Source: Candidatus Woesearchaeota archaeon | GTDB taxonomy: Archaea > Nanobdellota > Nanobdellia > Pacearchaeales > GW2011-AR1 | NCBI GenBank assembly: GCA_964509675.1 | Contig: CAZDXC010000002.1 | Coordinates: forward strand, 7,425-71,424 | Direction of reading: 5' to 3' | Length of the DNA stretch: 64,000 nucleotides | Shown: one piece after another, positions 1-9,924 of the stretch | How positions within the stretch are numbered: position 1 is the stretch's first letter | How the letters are laid out: each line of letters opens with the position of its first letter | The notes under the pieces: generated by a model | What the model was told of the DNA's origin: nothing | The model's input: only the letters and a program-made list of their open reading frames with translations | Database searches by the model: none | Program-made: the position numbers and the translations under genes

Positions 1-1258
1 TAACACATTGGGGGAATTCTCTTGTTAAAGTTCCTGAACTTGTTTTTCCAATATCACAGCTCTCTCCAAAGCATTCATAAGAAATTTGAGATTCCACAGG
101 ATTCAAATTTGTATCATGAGTTTTAACAGTTACAGGAGTGTTCTTGTAAGAACATAATTCAGAAGTTATTGTTCCTGCGGATGAATTTAATGCTGTTCTT
201 GGTTTATTTCCCTGTATTACTACTGCAACAGGGAATTGAAATATCTCTTCTTCATTAACAACCTGAATCAAAACAGGATATTTTACATTGTAAACAAAAT
301 GATACGGAACATAACAAAAACCCAAAATACCCAATCCAGGCTGGTTTCCAACAGGATTTGCAATCAAAAGAGAGCCATCAGAAGGCAGAACCTCAAAACT
401 ATTGCTCCAGTTTCTTGAATTGATAAATCTAACATCTCCGTTTGCATTAACAAAAAAGTATTTTTCTTCCTTTGTAGCAGGAGTTTTTGTGGAAAGAGCA
501 AGAGTATTTGTTTCTATTGCTTCCTGTAATTTATTAAAGACATCATTTGCATCCCAGACTTTTGGGCTGCAGGTAAGTTCAACACCGTCAACAGGCGCAT
601 ACAATCTTAAAGTATCAATTCCATAATTTTCCAAAAATAATTCTTTCTGTTCTTTTTGATAGACCGCCTTAGCAGAATTATACAATGCTCCCAAATTTGA
701 CTTAACAATAATCTGATGGTTTGTAACCAATGCTGTATCTTCCCCTTTTGTAATTCTCATGTTCATATTCAGCCTCACATTAACATTGTTATTTCTTATA
801 TCAATGCTTGTTTTTGGTTCTCCCTGAACTATTTCAAAGCCTTCATTATAATAATTTTCATAATTACACTCTCTTATTTTTTCATCGATAAAATTCCCCA
901 AACCTTTTTCCATGTCTTTTTCAGAAGGAACCTGTTCTTTCTGAACATTATTTCCAGAAACATAATACCAGTATGGGATAGGACTTCCAAAAGCATCTAA
1001 CTGAGATGAAAATGGCATGTATGCATTTCCTGGAGAGAATTCCGGCAGTTCAATGTAGCCTCCCTGGCTTTCTAAAACATCAATTCCTGTTTTGGTTTTA
1101 TCTTCCAGACATGATAAAAAACTATTATAAACAGGCTGTATGCTTGCAGGAACTTTTGTAATTCTTAAACCTCCCTTAAGAAATAAAAACCCAGCGACTC
1201 CTGCTACAATGACTATTGCAATTATAATAAAAATAGTCACCTGCCCCTTTTTATCCAT
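1..1258 (-). CDS. Large secreted or surface protein with a type IV pilin-like (class III) N-terminal signal; 3' end cut by the window edge
   Basis: Not in the ORF track because it is truncated. Reverse-strand ATG at 1256-1258 opens a frame that stays open to position 1 (>415 aa). N-terminus MDKKGQVTIFIIIAIVIVAGVAGFLF has a basic residue, Gly, then Gln followed by a ~20-aa hydrophobic stretch, as in archaeal prepilin-peptidase substrates. Confidence 0.5.
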   Translation of the reverse strand, partial: MDKKGQVTIFIIIAIVIVAGVAGFLFLKGGLRITKVPASIQPVYNSFLSCLEDKTKTGIDVLESQGGYIELPEFSPGNAYMPFSSQLDAFGSPIPYWYYVSGNNVQKEQVPSEKDMEKGLGNFIDEKIRECNYENYYNEGFEIVQGEPKTSIDIRNNNVNVRLNMNMRITKGEDTALVTNHQIIVKSNLGALYNSAKAVYQKEQKELFLENYGIDTLRLYAPVDGVELTCSPKVWDANDVFNKLQEAIETNTLALSTKTPATKEEKYFFVNANGDVRFINSRNWSNSFEVLPSDGSLLIANPVGNQPGLGILGFCYVPYHFVYNVKYPVLIQVVNEEEIFQFPVAVVIQGNKPRTALNSSAGTITSELCSYKNTPVTVKTHDTNLNPVESQISYECFGESCDIGKTSSGTLTREFPQCV

Positions 1259-1293
1259 AAAGAAATAATGAAAATAACGTATATAAACTTTAT

Positions 1294-1512
1294 TTATCGA
1301 TAAGCAAATTTAGGCACTCTCCTCATTGACATCAGGCCTGCGATAATTATTAAAATTCCTCCTGCAACAGTTATATAATTTTTAATCGGATCAGCAAATC
1401 CTAAATTTATGAAATTAAATCCTAAATTTATGAAATATATTCCTAAAATTAAATGCACAAAGAACCAGATTATTTTGCTATTCCCCCTTCTGGTTTGTGC
1501 GCTCTTTTCCAT
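1294..1512 (-). CDS. Small 2-TM membrane protein, hypothetical
   Basis: 72-aa ORF with two hydrophobic segments and an internal FINLGF duplication. Confidence 0.3.
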   Translation of the reverse strand: MEKSAQTRRGNSKIIWFFVHLILGIYFINLGFNFINLGFADPIKNYITVAGGILIIIAGLMSMRRVPKFAYR

Positions 1513-1578
1513 ATATAAAAATACAAAACAAACTTTTTAAATATTTCTTGCTAATTAAAAAAATTGAAAGAAAAATCA

Positions 1579-1721
1579 GGTCCCATAGTCCAATGGCTAA
1601 GACATGTCCTTGACGTTGTAGAGTTAAAATCTTTGATTTTACTCTGACAGTCAACTTCCTTTAAAGAAGCGATGTAAACATCAAGATGGACAAGACCCAG
1701 GTTCAATTCCTGGTGGGACCA
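1579..1721 (+). tRNA. tRNA-Val (anticodon GAC) with a ~71-nt intron in the anticodon loop
   Basis: Acceptor GGTCCCA pairs with TGGGACC. D-arm GTCC..GAC. Anticodon stem TGTCC (1605-1609) pairs with GGACA (1688-1692). Loop starts TTGACG and is then interrupted. T-arm CCAGG-TTCAATT-CCTGG. Confidence 0.6.
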
Positions 1722-1810
1722 CTATGAAAATCCCAATTCTTAAGGGAATGCTTCATCCGCAGCAAAGCGAGGACTAACTTTAAAAACCCAATTTTTCTTT
1801 TCTAATTAGA

Positions 1811-2122
1811 ATGAAAATTCCAAAATCAACAAACAGACTTTGTCCATATTGTAGGAAAAAAACAGAACAAAAGATTAAGTTAGTGTCAACAGGAGCAAAG
1901 AGGGGAACTCTTACAAGGGGTTCTATTAGCAGGGCAAAAAAAAGAGGACTTGGAAGAGGGATAGGAAATAAAGGAAAATGGGGAAGTAAGCCTGCTGTAA
2001 GCAAATTCAAAAGAAAATCAAAAACAACTAAAAAAACAAATATAATGTATACGTGTTCAGTATGCGGAAAATCTAAATATCAAAAAAAAGGAAAAAGGTC
2101 AGGTAAAATATTGCAAGAATGA
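1811..2122 (+). CDS. rpl44e: 50S ribosomal protein L44e (eL42)
   Basis: 103 aa, lysine-rich, two CxxC pairs (CPYCRKK..CSVCGK), ends ..LQE as in L44e. Confidence 0.8.
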   Translation: MKIPKSTNRLCPYCRKKTEQKIKLVSTGAKRGTLTRGSISRAKKRGLGRGIGNKGKWGSKPAVSKFKRKSKTTKKTNIMYTCSVCGKSKYQKKGKRSGKILQE

Positions 2123-2179
2123 TAATTCAATTAAATATCGGGCGAAGCGTATGCAACGAACGAAGTGAGTGGAATCGCA

Positions 2180-2719
2180 ATGGCACAAGCAAAAAAGAAA
2201 AAGAAATTTTTTAATGTTGAAATGCCTTTAATAGGAAAACAGACACAAATACAAGCTTATGAGCCTTCAGAGTTAGAAGGAAGATTTCTAAAATATGATT
2301 TAACAAGAATGCTTAAAGGAAAGAGCATGATGTTAACATCAAAAGTTAAGATAGAAAATGAAGAAGCAGTTGCATTTCCAAAAAAAATTATTCTTATGCC
2401 TTATTTTTTGAAAAGAATGATAAGAAAAGGAACAAACTATGTTGAAGACTCTTTTGTAACAGAATGCGCTGATGCTAAAGTAATTATAAAGCCTTTTTTG
2501 ATAACAAGAAGAAAAGTCTCAAGAGCAGTGAGAAAAGCTCTAAGAAATAAGGCAAGAGAAGAACTCATAAATTATGTCAAAGACAAAACTTCTGAAGAAT
2601 TATTTGATGAAATTTTAAAAAACCAGATTCAAAGGCCATTGAGTCAAAAACTAAAAAAGATTTATCCCTTATCATTATGCGAGATAAGAGTTTTGGAAGT
2701 TAAAGAAAAAAGACAATAA
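2180..2719 (+). CDS. rps3ae: 30S ribosomal protein S3Ae (eS1)
   Basis: KKKKKFFNVEMPL..GRFLKYDLTRMLKGK pattern typical of S3Ae. The ORF track begins at GTG 2165; the ATG at 2180 is more likely. Confidence 0.8.
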   Translation: MAQAKKKKKFFNVEMPLIGKQTQIQAYEPSELEGRFLKYDLTRMLKGKSMMLTSKVKIENEEAVAFPKKIILMPYFLKRMIRKGTNYVEDSFVTECADAKVIIKPFLITRRKVSRAVRKALRNKAREELINYVKDKTSEELFDEILKNQIQRPLSQKLKKIYPLSLCEIRVLEVKEKRQ

Positions 2720-2755
2720 GAAATCTTTTAAATCATTATTCTTTCCATTTATTAA

Positions 2756-2827
2756 GCCTCAGTAGCTCAGTAGCAGAGCATCTGCCTTGTAAGCAGAGGG
2801 TCGGGGGTGCGAATCCCTCCTGAGGCT
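2756..2827 (+). tRNA. tRNA-Thr (anticodon TGT)
   Basis: Cloverleaf: acceptor GCCTCAG/CTGAGGC, D GCTC..GAGC, anticodon stem TCTGC/GCAGA with loop CTTGTAA, T-loop TGCGAAT. Confidence 0.85.
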
Positions 2828-2872
2828 TATCTTCTCAGAAAAAAATAAATAATCTTAATCCTTTAAAAAAAT

Positions 2873-3043
2873 ATGAAAAATAATGTAAAGTATATTTTAA
2901 ATTTTATAGTTTCAATTTTGGCAACATTAATAGTCCACTATCTTTTTATTTCAAAGATTAATCTACATCCAACAATACATGTATTAATATCACTAATAAT
3001 CTTTTGGATATTTTTAGCAATATTTAGTTTTTTAATAAAATAA
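2873..3043 (+). CDS. Small hydrophobic protein (56 aa), hypothetical
   Basis: ATG at 2873 to TAA at 3041, below the track cutoff; two predicted TM segments. Confidence 0.25.
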   Translation: MKNNVKYILNFIVSILATLIVHYLFISKINLHPTIHVLISLIIFWIFLAIFSFLIK

Positions 3044-3069
3044 AGAAAAATCCCAATATCTAATAAAAG

Positions 3070-3621
3070 TTATTCCCCAACAATTTCTGCTTTTCCAGAA
3101 TCAATCAAAATCTTTGCAATTTCTTTTGGAATATTGGCAATCTGCCCTTTTTCAAAAGCTCCCATTTGTTCCCCATTAAGCCCCAAAAACTGTTCAACAT
3201 ATTCCTTAAAAACTACGAGTTCGTTTTTTTGTTCTTCTTGATTTCCATTCAAAATATCATTTAATTTCCTGTCTGATAAGTCAATAGATTTCATCAAATC
3301 CTCAAAAAGAACTTTCTCAAAGAGGAGCATATTTTCAAAATCCTGTTTTGAAATCCCTGTTTCTGTGGCAATTAAAACAAGATTCAAAATCTTTTTTTTC
3401 CTTCTTAATATCAATTCCTTAAAAAGAGTTATTGCATTTTCCAGCTGTTTCTTTGTTTTAATTATTACATCAGAAAAAACATCATTCTCCTTTGAAGCAA
3501 TGTCTTTTTTTTCTTTAAGATAATCAGAAACCTCACTTACAAAATTTTTAGGCAATTGTTGCAGTTGTTCAGAGTATCTCTCTTTTCTGGCAGCCTCATA
3601 AATATCATTATAAGTTATCAT
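3070..3621 (-). CDS. GINS complex subunit, Gins51-like
   Basis: N-terminal A-domain pattern AARKERYSEQLQQLPKNFVSEVSDYLKE and C-terminal B-domain VVFKEYVEQFLGLNGEQMGAFEKGQIANIPKEIAKILIDSGKAEIV resemble archaeal Gins51; the second Met is the likely start. Confidence 0.55.
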   Translation of the reverse strand: MITYNDIYEAARKERYSEQLQQLPKNFVSEVSDYLKEKKDIASKENDVFSDVIIKTKKQLENAITLFKELILRRKKKILNLVLIATETGISKQDFENMLLFEKVLFEDLMKSIDLSDRKLNDILNGNQEEQKNELVVFKEYVEQFLGLNGEQMGAFEKGQIANIPKEIAKILIDSGKAEIVGE

Positions 3622-3732
3622 ATAAAAATTAGTGGATTTCAATTTTTAATAATTATTATGATAGAAAAATGGCCTTTATAAATCAAGTCTTCTTGACACC
3701 AAGAAAAAAATTATAAAGAAAGAATCTCATAA

Positions 3733-4371
3733 ATGTGTATGATTAAAAGAAGTAAAAGATTGTTGAGAAATTTTCTAAAAGATATAAAATATGGTGGAAG
3801 ATTCTTGGGGGGGGGAGTTCCTTCAAAATATGAACATTGTTACAATATGGCCAATAGTGATTATGATATTCTATCAGCAATTTTTAAAATTGCAAATATA
3901 AAAAAATCAAATATTGTAGTGGATGTGGGGTGCGGAAAAGGAAGAGTAATAAATTGGCTTTTGGATAATAATTTTGAAAACAAAATATACGGAATAGAAA
4001 TAGATGAAAAGATAGCAGAAGAAACAAAGAATAGATTAAAACATTATAAAAATGTTGAGATAATAACCGGGAAGGCTGAATTAAATATACCTTCTGACGG
4101 AGAGGTTTTTTATCTTTATAATCCTTTTGATGAGATTATTCTTGGACAATTTATAAGTAAAATAATTAATATGTTTTATAGAAAAAAAGAAATAATAATT
4201 ATTTATTATAATCCGGCACATTTGGATATCTTAAAAAATAATAAAAAATTAGATGTAAAGTATTTCGATATTAAACAATATATGAAGAAAATGGACACAG
4301 CAAACACACAGAATTTTGCGATAATTAAGTTTAAAAATAATATTTTTTTAAATTTTCTAAATTCATCATAA
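3733..4371 (+). CDS. Class I SAM-dependent methyltransferase
   Basis: VVDVGCGKGRV glycine-rich motif I, followed by YGIEID and NPFDE motifs. Confidence 0.6.
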   Translation: MCMIKRSKRLLRNFLKDIKYGGRFLGGGVPSKYEHCYNMANSDYDILSAIFKIANIKKSNIVVDVGCGKGRVINWLLDNNFENKIYGIEIDEKIAEETKNRLKHYKNVEIITGKAELNIPSDGEVFYLYNPFDEIILGQFISKIINMFYRKKEIIIIYYNPAHLDILKNNKKLDVKYFDIKQYMKKMDTANTQNFAIIKFKNNIFLNFLNSS

Positions 4372-4572
4372 AAATTCTTTTATAATTCAATGCTTCTGCA
4401 CCAACTTCCTGCTCTTACATTAACAACGTTTCCTTCTATTTCACTTTTTAATTCTAAGGAGAAATTCCCGGAGGTATCTTGAACGGTATATATGTATATC
4501 CTCGTAGGCGTTACAGTTGTTCCTGCACTGGAACTAGTTGCACAGGATAGGATTTAATTTTGTGCAAAGCCC

Positions 4573-5817
4573 CTATTTCAAAAACCCGACTTTTTCTAAG
4601 AGTTCTTTACCAAGAATTCTTCCTAATTTCCCTTTTCTTGCCTCACTCTCACAGAATTTTTTCTCTTTTGGAATTGAACCATTATAAAAAAGAACAGGGA
4701 CAGGGTCTGCTGAATGTGTTTTAAGGCTGCAGGGGGTAGAATGGTCGGCTGTTATAACGACCTTTATTTTATTCGGAGGAGCAAATTTTCTCAGAAAATT
4801 AAAAAAGGTTTTATCAATATATTCAAGCATATCTTTTTTTTCGATAGGCTTATTGTCATGCCCGGGAACATCTGGCTCTTTTATATGGACATAGGCATAA
4901 TCTGCACTTTTTCTGTTTTTCCATAAAACCCAGTTTGAAAATTTGCAGGCTTTTGCCAATCCATCACGCAAGTTCGCATATACATCCATTTTTTTTAATT
5001 TTGGGTAACTAAAAGAAAAAGTTTTCATTCCAGAAGATATTGAAAATCCTTTTTCAAGAGGCATATATGCAGCAGATACCCAGTTTTTATAGAGTTTTAA
5101 TTTTGGAGGCTCTATCCCTGCCCCCCTAACGAGAATAAAATTTGCAGGTTCCAATCCTCTTTTTCTTCTGTTTTGATTTACAGGATGATTATCAAGAACC
5201 TCAAAAGCTTTCTCTAAAAACTCATTTACAATATTCGCGGTATACTGAGAATTTTCTTCATCATCCAATGCACGACATGGAATTATCTTATTAGAAGTTT
5301 TAATTTGTCCTCCAAAATATTGTGTATCATTCCCTGAAATGTTATCTGAGAACCCTCCCTTAAACACTAAAACTCCCCTGTGTCCAATTGTTGACTTGAA
5401 AACAAAAGGACTAGGGATTTTTATTTTATTATTAAGAGCCTTGGACAATGTTTCTGCCTCTCCTGTCATAAGAGTTCTCCCTGCTCTTCTGTCAATGATG
5501 TTTCCTGATTTGTAAGAATCAATAGTTGCAAAATTAGCCCTCAAAGCCAAATCTCCCCTAACCAACTTTATATCTGCTCCCCTTGCCTCTAACTGTCCTC
5601 TTGTACTGGAAATTAATTCATTTCCAAATATAGAAACAACAGCCTCATCACTTTCAGGAACAAATCCTGGCTTTATTGGATACATATATCCGAGTTCTCC
5701 TCTTGTAGCCAAAAAATCAGCATTAGGCATATTCGCTGCTTCCAGAGAAGTTTTATTTCCCAATTGTTTATTAGGCAAACCACCCATGCCGTCTATTATT
5801 ACAAGAATACCTTTCAT
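4573..5817 (-). CDS. apgM: 2,3-bisphosphoglycerate-independent phosphoglycerate mutase, archaeal type
   Basis: MKGILVIIDGMGG.., ..ITADHSTP.. and overall 414-aa archaeal iPGM architecture. Confidence 0.85.
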   Translation of the reverse strand: MKGILVIIDGMGGLPNKQLGNKTSLEAANMPNADFLATRGELGYMYPIKPGFVPESDEAVVSIFGNELISSTRGQLEARGADIKLVRGDLALRANFATIDSYKSGNIIDRRAGRTLMTGEAETLSKALNNKIKIPSPFVFKSTIGHRGVLVFKGGFSDNISGNDTQYFGGQIKTSNKIIPCRALDDEENSQYTANIVNEFLEKAFEVLDNHPVNQNRRKRGLEPANFILVRGAGIEPPKLKLYKNWVSAAYMPLEKGFSISSGMKTFSFSYPKLKKMDVYANLRDGLAKACKFSNWVLWKNRKSADYAYVHIKEPDVPGHDNKPIEKKDMLEYIDKTFFNFLRKFAPPNKIKVVITADHSTPCSLKTHSADPVPVLFYNGSIPKEKKFCESEARKGKLGRILGKELLEKVGFLK

Positions 5818-5947
5818 TTGACAAACCTCTTTATCATATTTCCCGAAAGATAATCCTCTTTATAAAAATTTATATTTGCTAAGAAAACTTATAAATCTTG
5901 AAGGATTTATAAAGAAATAATAGCCAAAAACTGCAGGTAATTTTACT

Positions 5948-6985
5948 ATGTTTAAGTTTTTAAAAGAAAAAATAGAGAATTGGACAAAAAAAGTCACAAA
6001 AAAGGCAGAAGCAGAAGAAAAGGTAAAGGAAATTAAGATAGAAAAGAGAGAGAAAATCCAAAAATCAGAAATTAGAGAAGAAGCAGAACCAGGAACAGAA
6101 TCTTTCTTCAAAAAAATAACTTCAAAAATATCCAAGATAAAAATTTCTGATAAAGAATTTGAAATCTATAAAGAAGAATTAGAAATGCTTCTCTTAGAAA
6201 ATAATGTTGCCTTGGAAGTCGCAGAAAAAATAGTGCAGGATTTGAAAGAAAAAATTGTTGGAAAAGAATTTCTGAAAAAAGAAGCAGAAACAGAGATAAA
6301 AGAAGCATTCAAGGAAATAATCAGGAATATCTTAGTCACTCCTCCTGATTTAACAAAAGAAATAAGAGAAAAAAACACAGACCAATCTAAAAAACCTTAT
6401 GTGATATTGTTCTGCGGAATAAATGGCTCTGGAAAAACAACAACAATAGCAAAGGTAGCGGAAAATCTCAAATCAAGGGGAATTTCTTGTGTGATTGCTG
6501 CTGCAGACACATTCAGGGCAGCTTCTATTGAACAGATAAAAGAACACGGAGAAAAAGTGGGAGTGAAAGTTATCTCTCATGAATATGGCTCTGACCCTGC
6601 AAGTGTTGGTTTTGATGCAATAAAATATGCAGAAAAAAATTTCATTAATTGTGTGCTTATTGATACAGCAGGAAGAATGCACACCCAAAAAAACCTTTTA
6701 AGAGAAATGGAAAAAATAGAAAAGGTCTGTAAGCCTGATAAAAAAATATTTGTAGGAGAAAGCATAACAGGAAATGATTCTATAGAACAGGTAAGGAGTT
6801 TTGATTGGGCAATAGGAATAGATGCAATTATTTTAACAAAGGCGGACATTGATGAGAAAGGCGGAACAGCCTTATCAGTAGGATATGTAACAAAAAAGCC
6901 GATTCTTTATCTTGGAACAGGACAGGCTTATGATAAAATAGAGGTTTTTGATAAGGAAAAATTTATAAAAAGGCTTGGACTGTAA
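5948..6985 (+). CDS. ftsY: Signal recognition particle receptor FtsY
   Basis: Acidic, lysine-rich N-terminus, then NG domain with GINGSGKTTTIAK, DTAGR and TKADIDEKGG motifs. Confidence 0.85.
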   Translation: MFKFLKEKIENWTKKVTKKAEAEEKVKEIKIEKREKIQKSEIREEAEPGTESFFKKITSKISKIKISDKEFEIYKEELEMLLLENNVALEVAEKIVQDLKEKIVGKEFLKKEAETEIKEAFKEIIRNILVTPPDLTKEIREKNTDQSKKPYVILFCGINGSGKTTTIAKVAENLKSRGISCVIAAADTFRAASIEQIKEHGEKVGVKVISHEYGSDPASVGFDAIKYAEKNFINCVLIDTAGRMHTQKNLLREMEKIEKVCKPDKKIFVGESITGNDSIEQVRSFDWAIGIDAIILTKADIDEKGGTALSVGYVTKKPILYLGTGQAYDKIEVFDKEKFIKRLGL

Positions 6986-6991
6986 AGAGGC

Positions 6992-7195
6992 ATGAACTTA
7001 TTTCAAAAACTTGCAGAAGCAGGAAAAGAAACAAGAGAAGACCTAAGAGAAATATCAAGAAAATTCAGGGAAGCAGAAAGAAATTCTCCTTATTATGAAA
7101 ATAAAATTTTGAGAAATGAAGAATTCATAACAATGTTATTTGCTCCTCCAACCTATTATTTTTCAAATCTTTTCAGAAAAAAGGTTAGAAATTAA
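6992..7195 (+). CDS. Small coiled-coil protein, hypothetical
   Basis: 67-aa helical ORF downstream of ftsY; too short to call prefoldin. Confidence 0.25.
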   Translation: MNLFQKLAEAGKETREDLREISRKFREAERNSPYYENKILRNEEFITMLFAPPTYYFSNLFRKKVRN

Positions 7196-7545
7196 AACCT
7201 GTACAAATTCTTGGCTCTAATTTTTTGGGCTGAAAAAAAATTCTTGCAGAAATTTTTTGCTTTCTTAACATCAAATCTCTTGCAACTAAAAATATCAATG
7301 AATGCCCTATTGCCAAATTCATCCAGATGAACTGTTATTGAAGATGTCATTATAAATTGTATCATTGAATATCCCTCAAGACTTCCTTCTCCAAATCTCT
7401 TAATTATTGGCTCTCCAAAAGGAACCATATCTATTTCTTTGCAAATGCCTTTAGAAAATTCTTTCAACTTTTCCGGATTAGTCAAGAGAGAATTGTCACA
7501 TTCTCGAAGATCTATTGATAATGATTGTCCCCATATTTCCTCCAT
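7192..7545 (-). CDS. speH: Pyruvoyl-dependent decarboxylase of the SpeH family (AdoMet or arginine decarboxylase proenzyme)
   Basis: 117 aa; ..EGYSMIQFIMTSSITVHLDEFGNRAFIDIFSCKRF matches the SpeH self-processing region (ESH to TSS here) and the FTCG-like tail. Confidence 0.6.
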   Translation of the reverse strand: MEEIWGQSLSIDLRECDNSLLTNPEKLKEFSKGICKEIDMVPFGEPIIKRFGEGSLEGYSMIQFIMTSSITVHLDEFGNRAFIDIFSCKRFDVKKAKNFCKNFFSAQKIRAKNLYRF

Positions 7546-7630
7546 AACTAAATATCATAAAAAATTCATTTAAAAACCTTTTCCTATTACAAACCCAAAA
7601 TTTATTAACCTTAACTTTACTATTTTCTTT

Positions 7631-8998
7631 ATGCTGGAAAAACTTGGAGAAGTAATAAAAAAAGCCACTGACAGAATAGCCAATGCTCTTTTTCTTGACA
7701 AAAATTTAGTTGATTCTATAATCAGGGATTTGCAAAGGGCATTAATAGAAGCAGATGTAAATGTTTCCTTAGTAAAAGAATTAAGCGATAAAATAAAAAA
7801 ATCTGCCTTGGATGAAAGACTCAAGGGCATAGAGAAAAAAGAACATCTGATAAAACTTTTTCATGATGAATTATTGAAAATACTTGGAGAATACAAACCA
7901 TTAAAACTCAAACAAAAAAACAATATAATTCTTCTTCTTGGATTATATGGAAGCGGTAAGACAACAACAATAGCAAAATTAGGAAATTATTACTCAAAAA
8001 GAGGTTTTAAAGTTGCTATTGTTGGCTTGGATACTCACCGTCCTGCAGCACAGGAACAATTAAAACAACTAGCAGAAAAAAACAAGTTAAATTATTTCAT
8101 AGATGTTTCAGAGAAAGACCCTATAAAAATTTTAAAAAAATATGAAAAAAAATTAAAAAACTATAATTTAATTCTCGTGGATACTGCAGGAAGACATACT
8201 CTTGATAAAGATTTGATAAAAGAGATAAAAAAAATAGACAGGGAAATAAAACCAACAGAAAGCATTCTTGTAATTCCTGCAGATATAGGACAAGCTGCAA
8301 AAGTTCAATCACAGCAATTCAAAGATGCAGTGGATATTTCAGGAGTTATAATAACAAGAATGGATTCAACTGCAAAAGCAGGGGGGGCACTAACAGCCTG
8401 TGCAGAAACAAAGGCACCCATTTATTTTATAGGAACAGGGGAAAAAATAAATGATATCGAAGAATTCAATCCAAAATCTTTTCTCTCAAGGCTTTTGGGG
8501 ATGGGAGATCTGGAAACTCTTATTGAAAAAATAAAATCTGTAACAGAAGAAAAAGGCCATAAAAAAATCCAAAAGAATCTTGAAGAAGGAAAATTAACCT
8601 TAGATGATGTTATAGAACAAGTTAAGTCAATGAGTTCTCTTGGTGGACTTGACAAAATAAAATCCATGATTCCCGGGCTGTCAGGAATTAAGAAAAAAAT
8701 CCCTGAAAATATGCTTGAGAATCAGGAAGCAAAGGTTGCAAAATGGCAACATATTGTAAAATCTATGACTGCTGAAGAAAAAAATAATCCTGAAATGTTA
8801 GAGAAACAAACTTCCAGAATCGCAAGAGTTGCAAAAGGAGCAGGAGTTCCCACAAGTGATGTTCGTTCTTTATTAAAACAATACAAACTTCTCAATGACA
8901 TGATAAGATCAGGAACATCTGCAGATTTCTCTCAAGGCTTAAGCCAAAAACAAATGATGAAATTTGCAAAGAAGTTCGGAAAGAAGTTGAGGTTTTAG
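7631..8998 (+). CDS. srp54: Signal recognition particle protein SRP54
   Basis: N domain, G domain (GLYGSGKTTTIAKL, DTAGRH, TRMDSTAKAGGAL) and a Met-rich M domain. Confidence 0.9.
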   Translation: MLEKLGEVIKKATDRIANALFLDKNLVDSIIRDLQRALIEADVNVSLVKELSDKIKKSALDERLKGIEKKEHLIKLFHDELLKILGEYKPLKLKQKNNIILLLGLYGSGKTTTIAKLGNYYSKRGFKVAIVGLDTHRPAAQEQLKQLAEKNKLNYFIDVSEKDPIKILKKYEKKLKNYNLILVDTAGRHTLDKDLIKEIKKIDREIKPTESILVIPADIGQAAKVQSQQFKDAVDISGVIITRMDSTAKAGGALTACAETKAPIYFIGTGEKINDIEEFNPKSFLSRLLGMGDLETLIEKIKSVTEEKGHKKIQKNLEEGKLTLDDVIEQVKSMSSLGGLDKIKSMIPGLSGIKKKIPENMLENQEAKVAKWQHIVKSMTAEEKNNPEMLEKQTSRIARVAKGAGVPTSDVRSLLKQYKLLNDMIRSGTSADFSQGLSQKQMMKFAKKFGKKLRF

Positions 8999-9217
8999 AT
9001 GGCAAAGATAACCTTTGATTTATTTTCAGCATTAGTTATAGGTACTTTATCAGCATTTGTATATTCTATGATATCTATAAATGTCACTAATCTATTACGT
9101 AAAATCAGAAAAGAGAATAATTTTGGGCTTCAATTATTTTTTTCATTTATTGCAGTCATTATATTTTTGCTTCTATTATTTTTATTTATTTTAATTACAA
9201 ATAGTATTTTAAAATGA
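8999..9217 (+). CDS. Small membrane protein, hypothetical
   Basis: 72 aa with two TM segments; overlaps the next gene start by 4 nt. Confidence 0.3.
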   Translation: MAKITFDLFSALVIGTLSAFVYSMISINVTNLLRKIRKENNFGLQLFFSFIAVIIFLLLLFLFILITNSILK

Positions 9218-9924
9218 CACTAAAACTTATCCAGCAGGGAGCAGAGGCAAAGATTTTTTTAAATGAAAAAAGCAACATCATAACAAAAGACAGGATAAAA
9301 AAGTCTTATCGCATCAAAGAGATTGATGAAAGGATAAGAAAGCAGAGAACACGTTCAGAGAAAAAACTTCTTGAAAAAGCATCAAAGATAATCAATGCTC
9401 CTGATCCTTTTCCTCTGAAAGAATTTAGTAAAATAGAAATACCGTTTATTAACGGAAAAAAACTTTCAGAAAATCTCGATTCTTTTTCAATGGAAAAACA
9501 AAAAGAAATATGCAAAAATACAGGAAAAGAAATTGCAAAATTGCACGATGCAGACATAATTCATGGAGACTTAACAACCTCAAATATGATTTTGATTGAA
9601 AATTTACCTGCTCACAAAAGTTCGCAGATTAATGAATTAACTGATAATAAAAAAGGTGATGGAGGGGTGAATGGTGGAAAACTTAATTCAGGCAAATTCA
9701 AAATATTCTTTATTGATTTTGGACTTGGTTTCATAAGTCATAAAATTGAAGACAAGGCAGTTGATTTGCATTTGCTTAAACAAGCCTTAGAAGCCAAGCA
9801 CTTCAAAAACTGGAAGATATTATTTGAAGAAGTTTTAAAGGGTTATAAAAACTATAAAGAATCAAAAAAAGTTCTTGAAAGGCTTAAGGCAGTTGAAAAA
9901 AGAGGAAGATACAAAAAGCAATAG
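9214..9924 (+). CDS. bud32: Kae1-associated kinase Bud32 (KEOPS subunit)
   Basis: LIQQGAEAKIF N-terminus, HGDLTTSNMIL catalytic loop, IDFGLG; carries a ~35-aa Gly/Lys-rich insertion. Confidence 0.7.
   Translation: MTLKLIQQGAEAKIFLNEKSNIITKDRIKKSYRIKEIDERIRKQRTRSEKKLLEKASKIINAPDPFPLKEFSKIEIPFINGKKLSENLDSFSMEKQKEICKNTGKEIAKLHDADIIHGDLTTSNMILIENLPAHKSSQINELTDNKKGDGGVNGGKLNSGKFKIFFIDFGLGFISHKIEDKAVDLHLLKQALEAKHFKNWKILFEEVLKGYKNYKESKKVLERLKAVEKRGRYKKQ

Noticed and set aside
1811-2122. Zinc-finger transcription factor call for the CxxC..CxxC protein
   Set aside because: Length, lysine-rich composition and the C-terminal ..QE match ribosomal protein L44e
6992-7195. Calling the 67-aa ORF after ftsY prefoldin alpha (the conserved ftsY-pfdA neighbourhood)
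   Set aside because: Far shorter than prefoldin alpha (about 140 aa) and lacks the beta-hairpin; left as hypothetical
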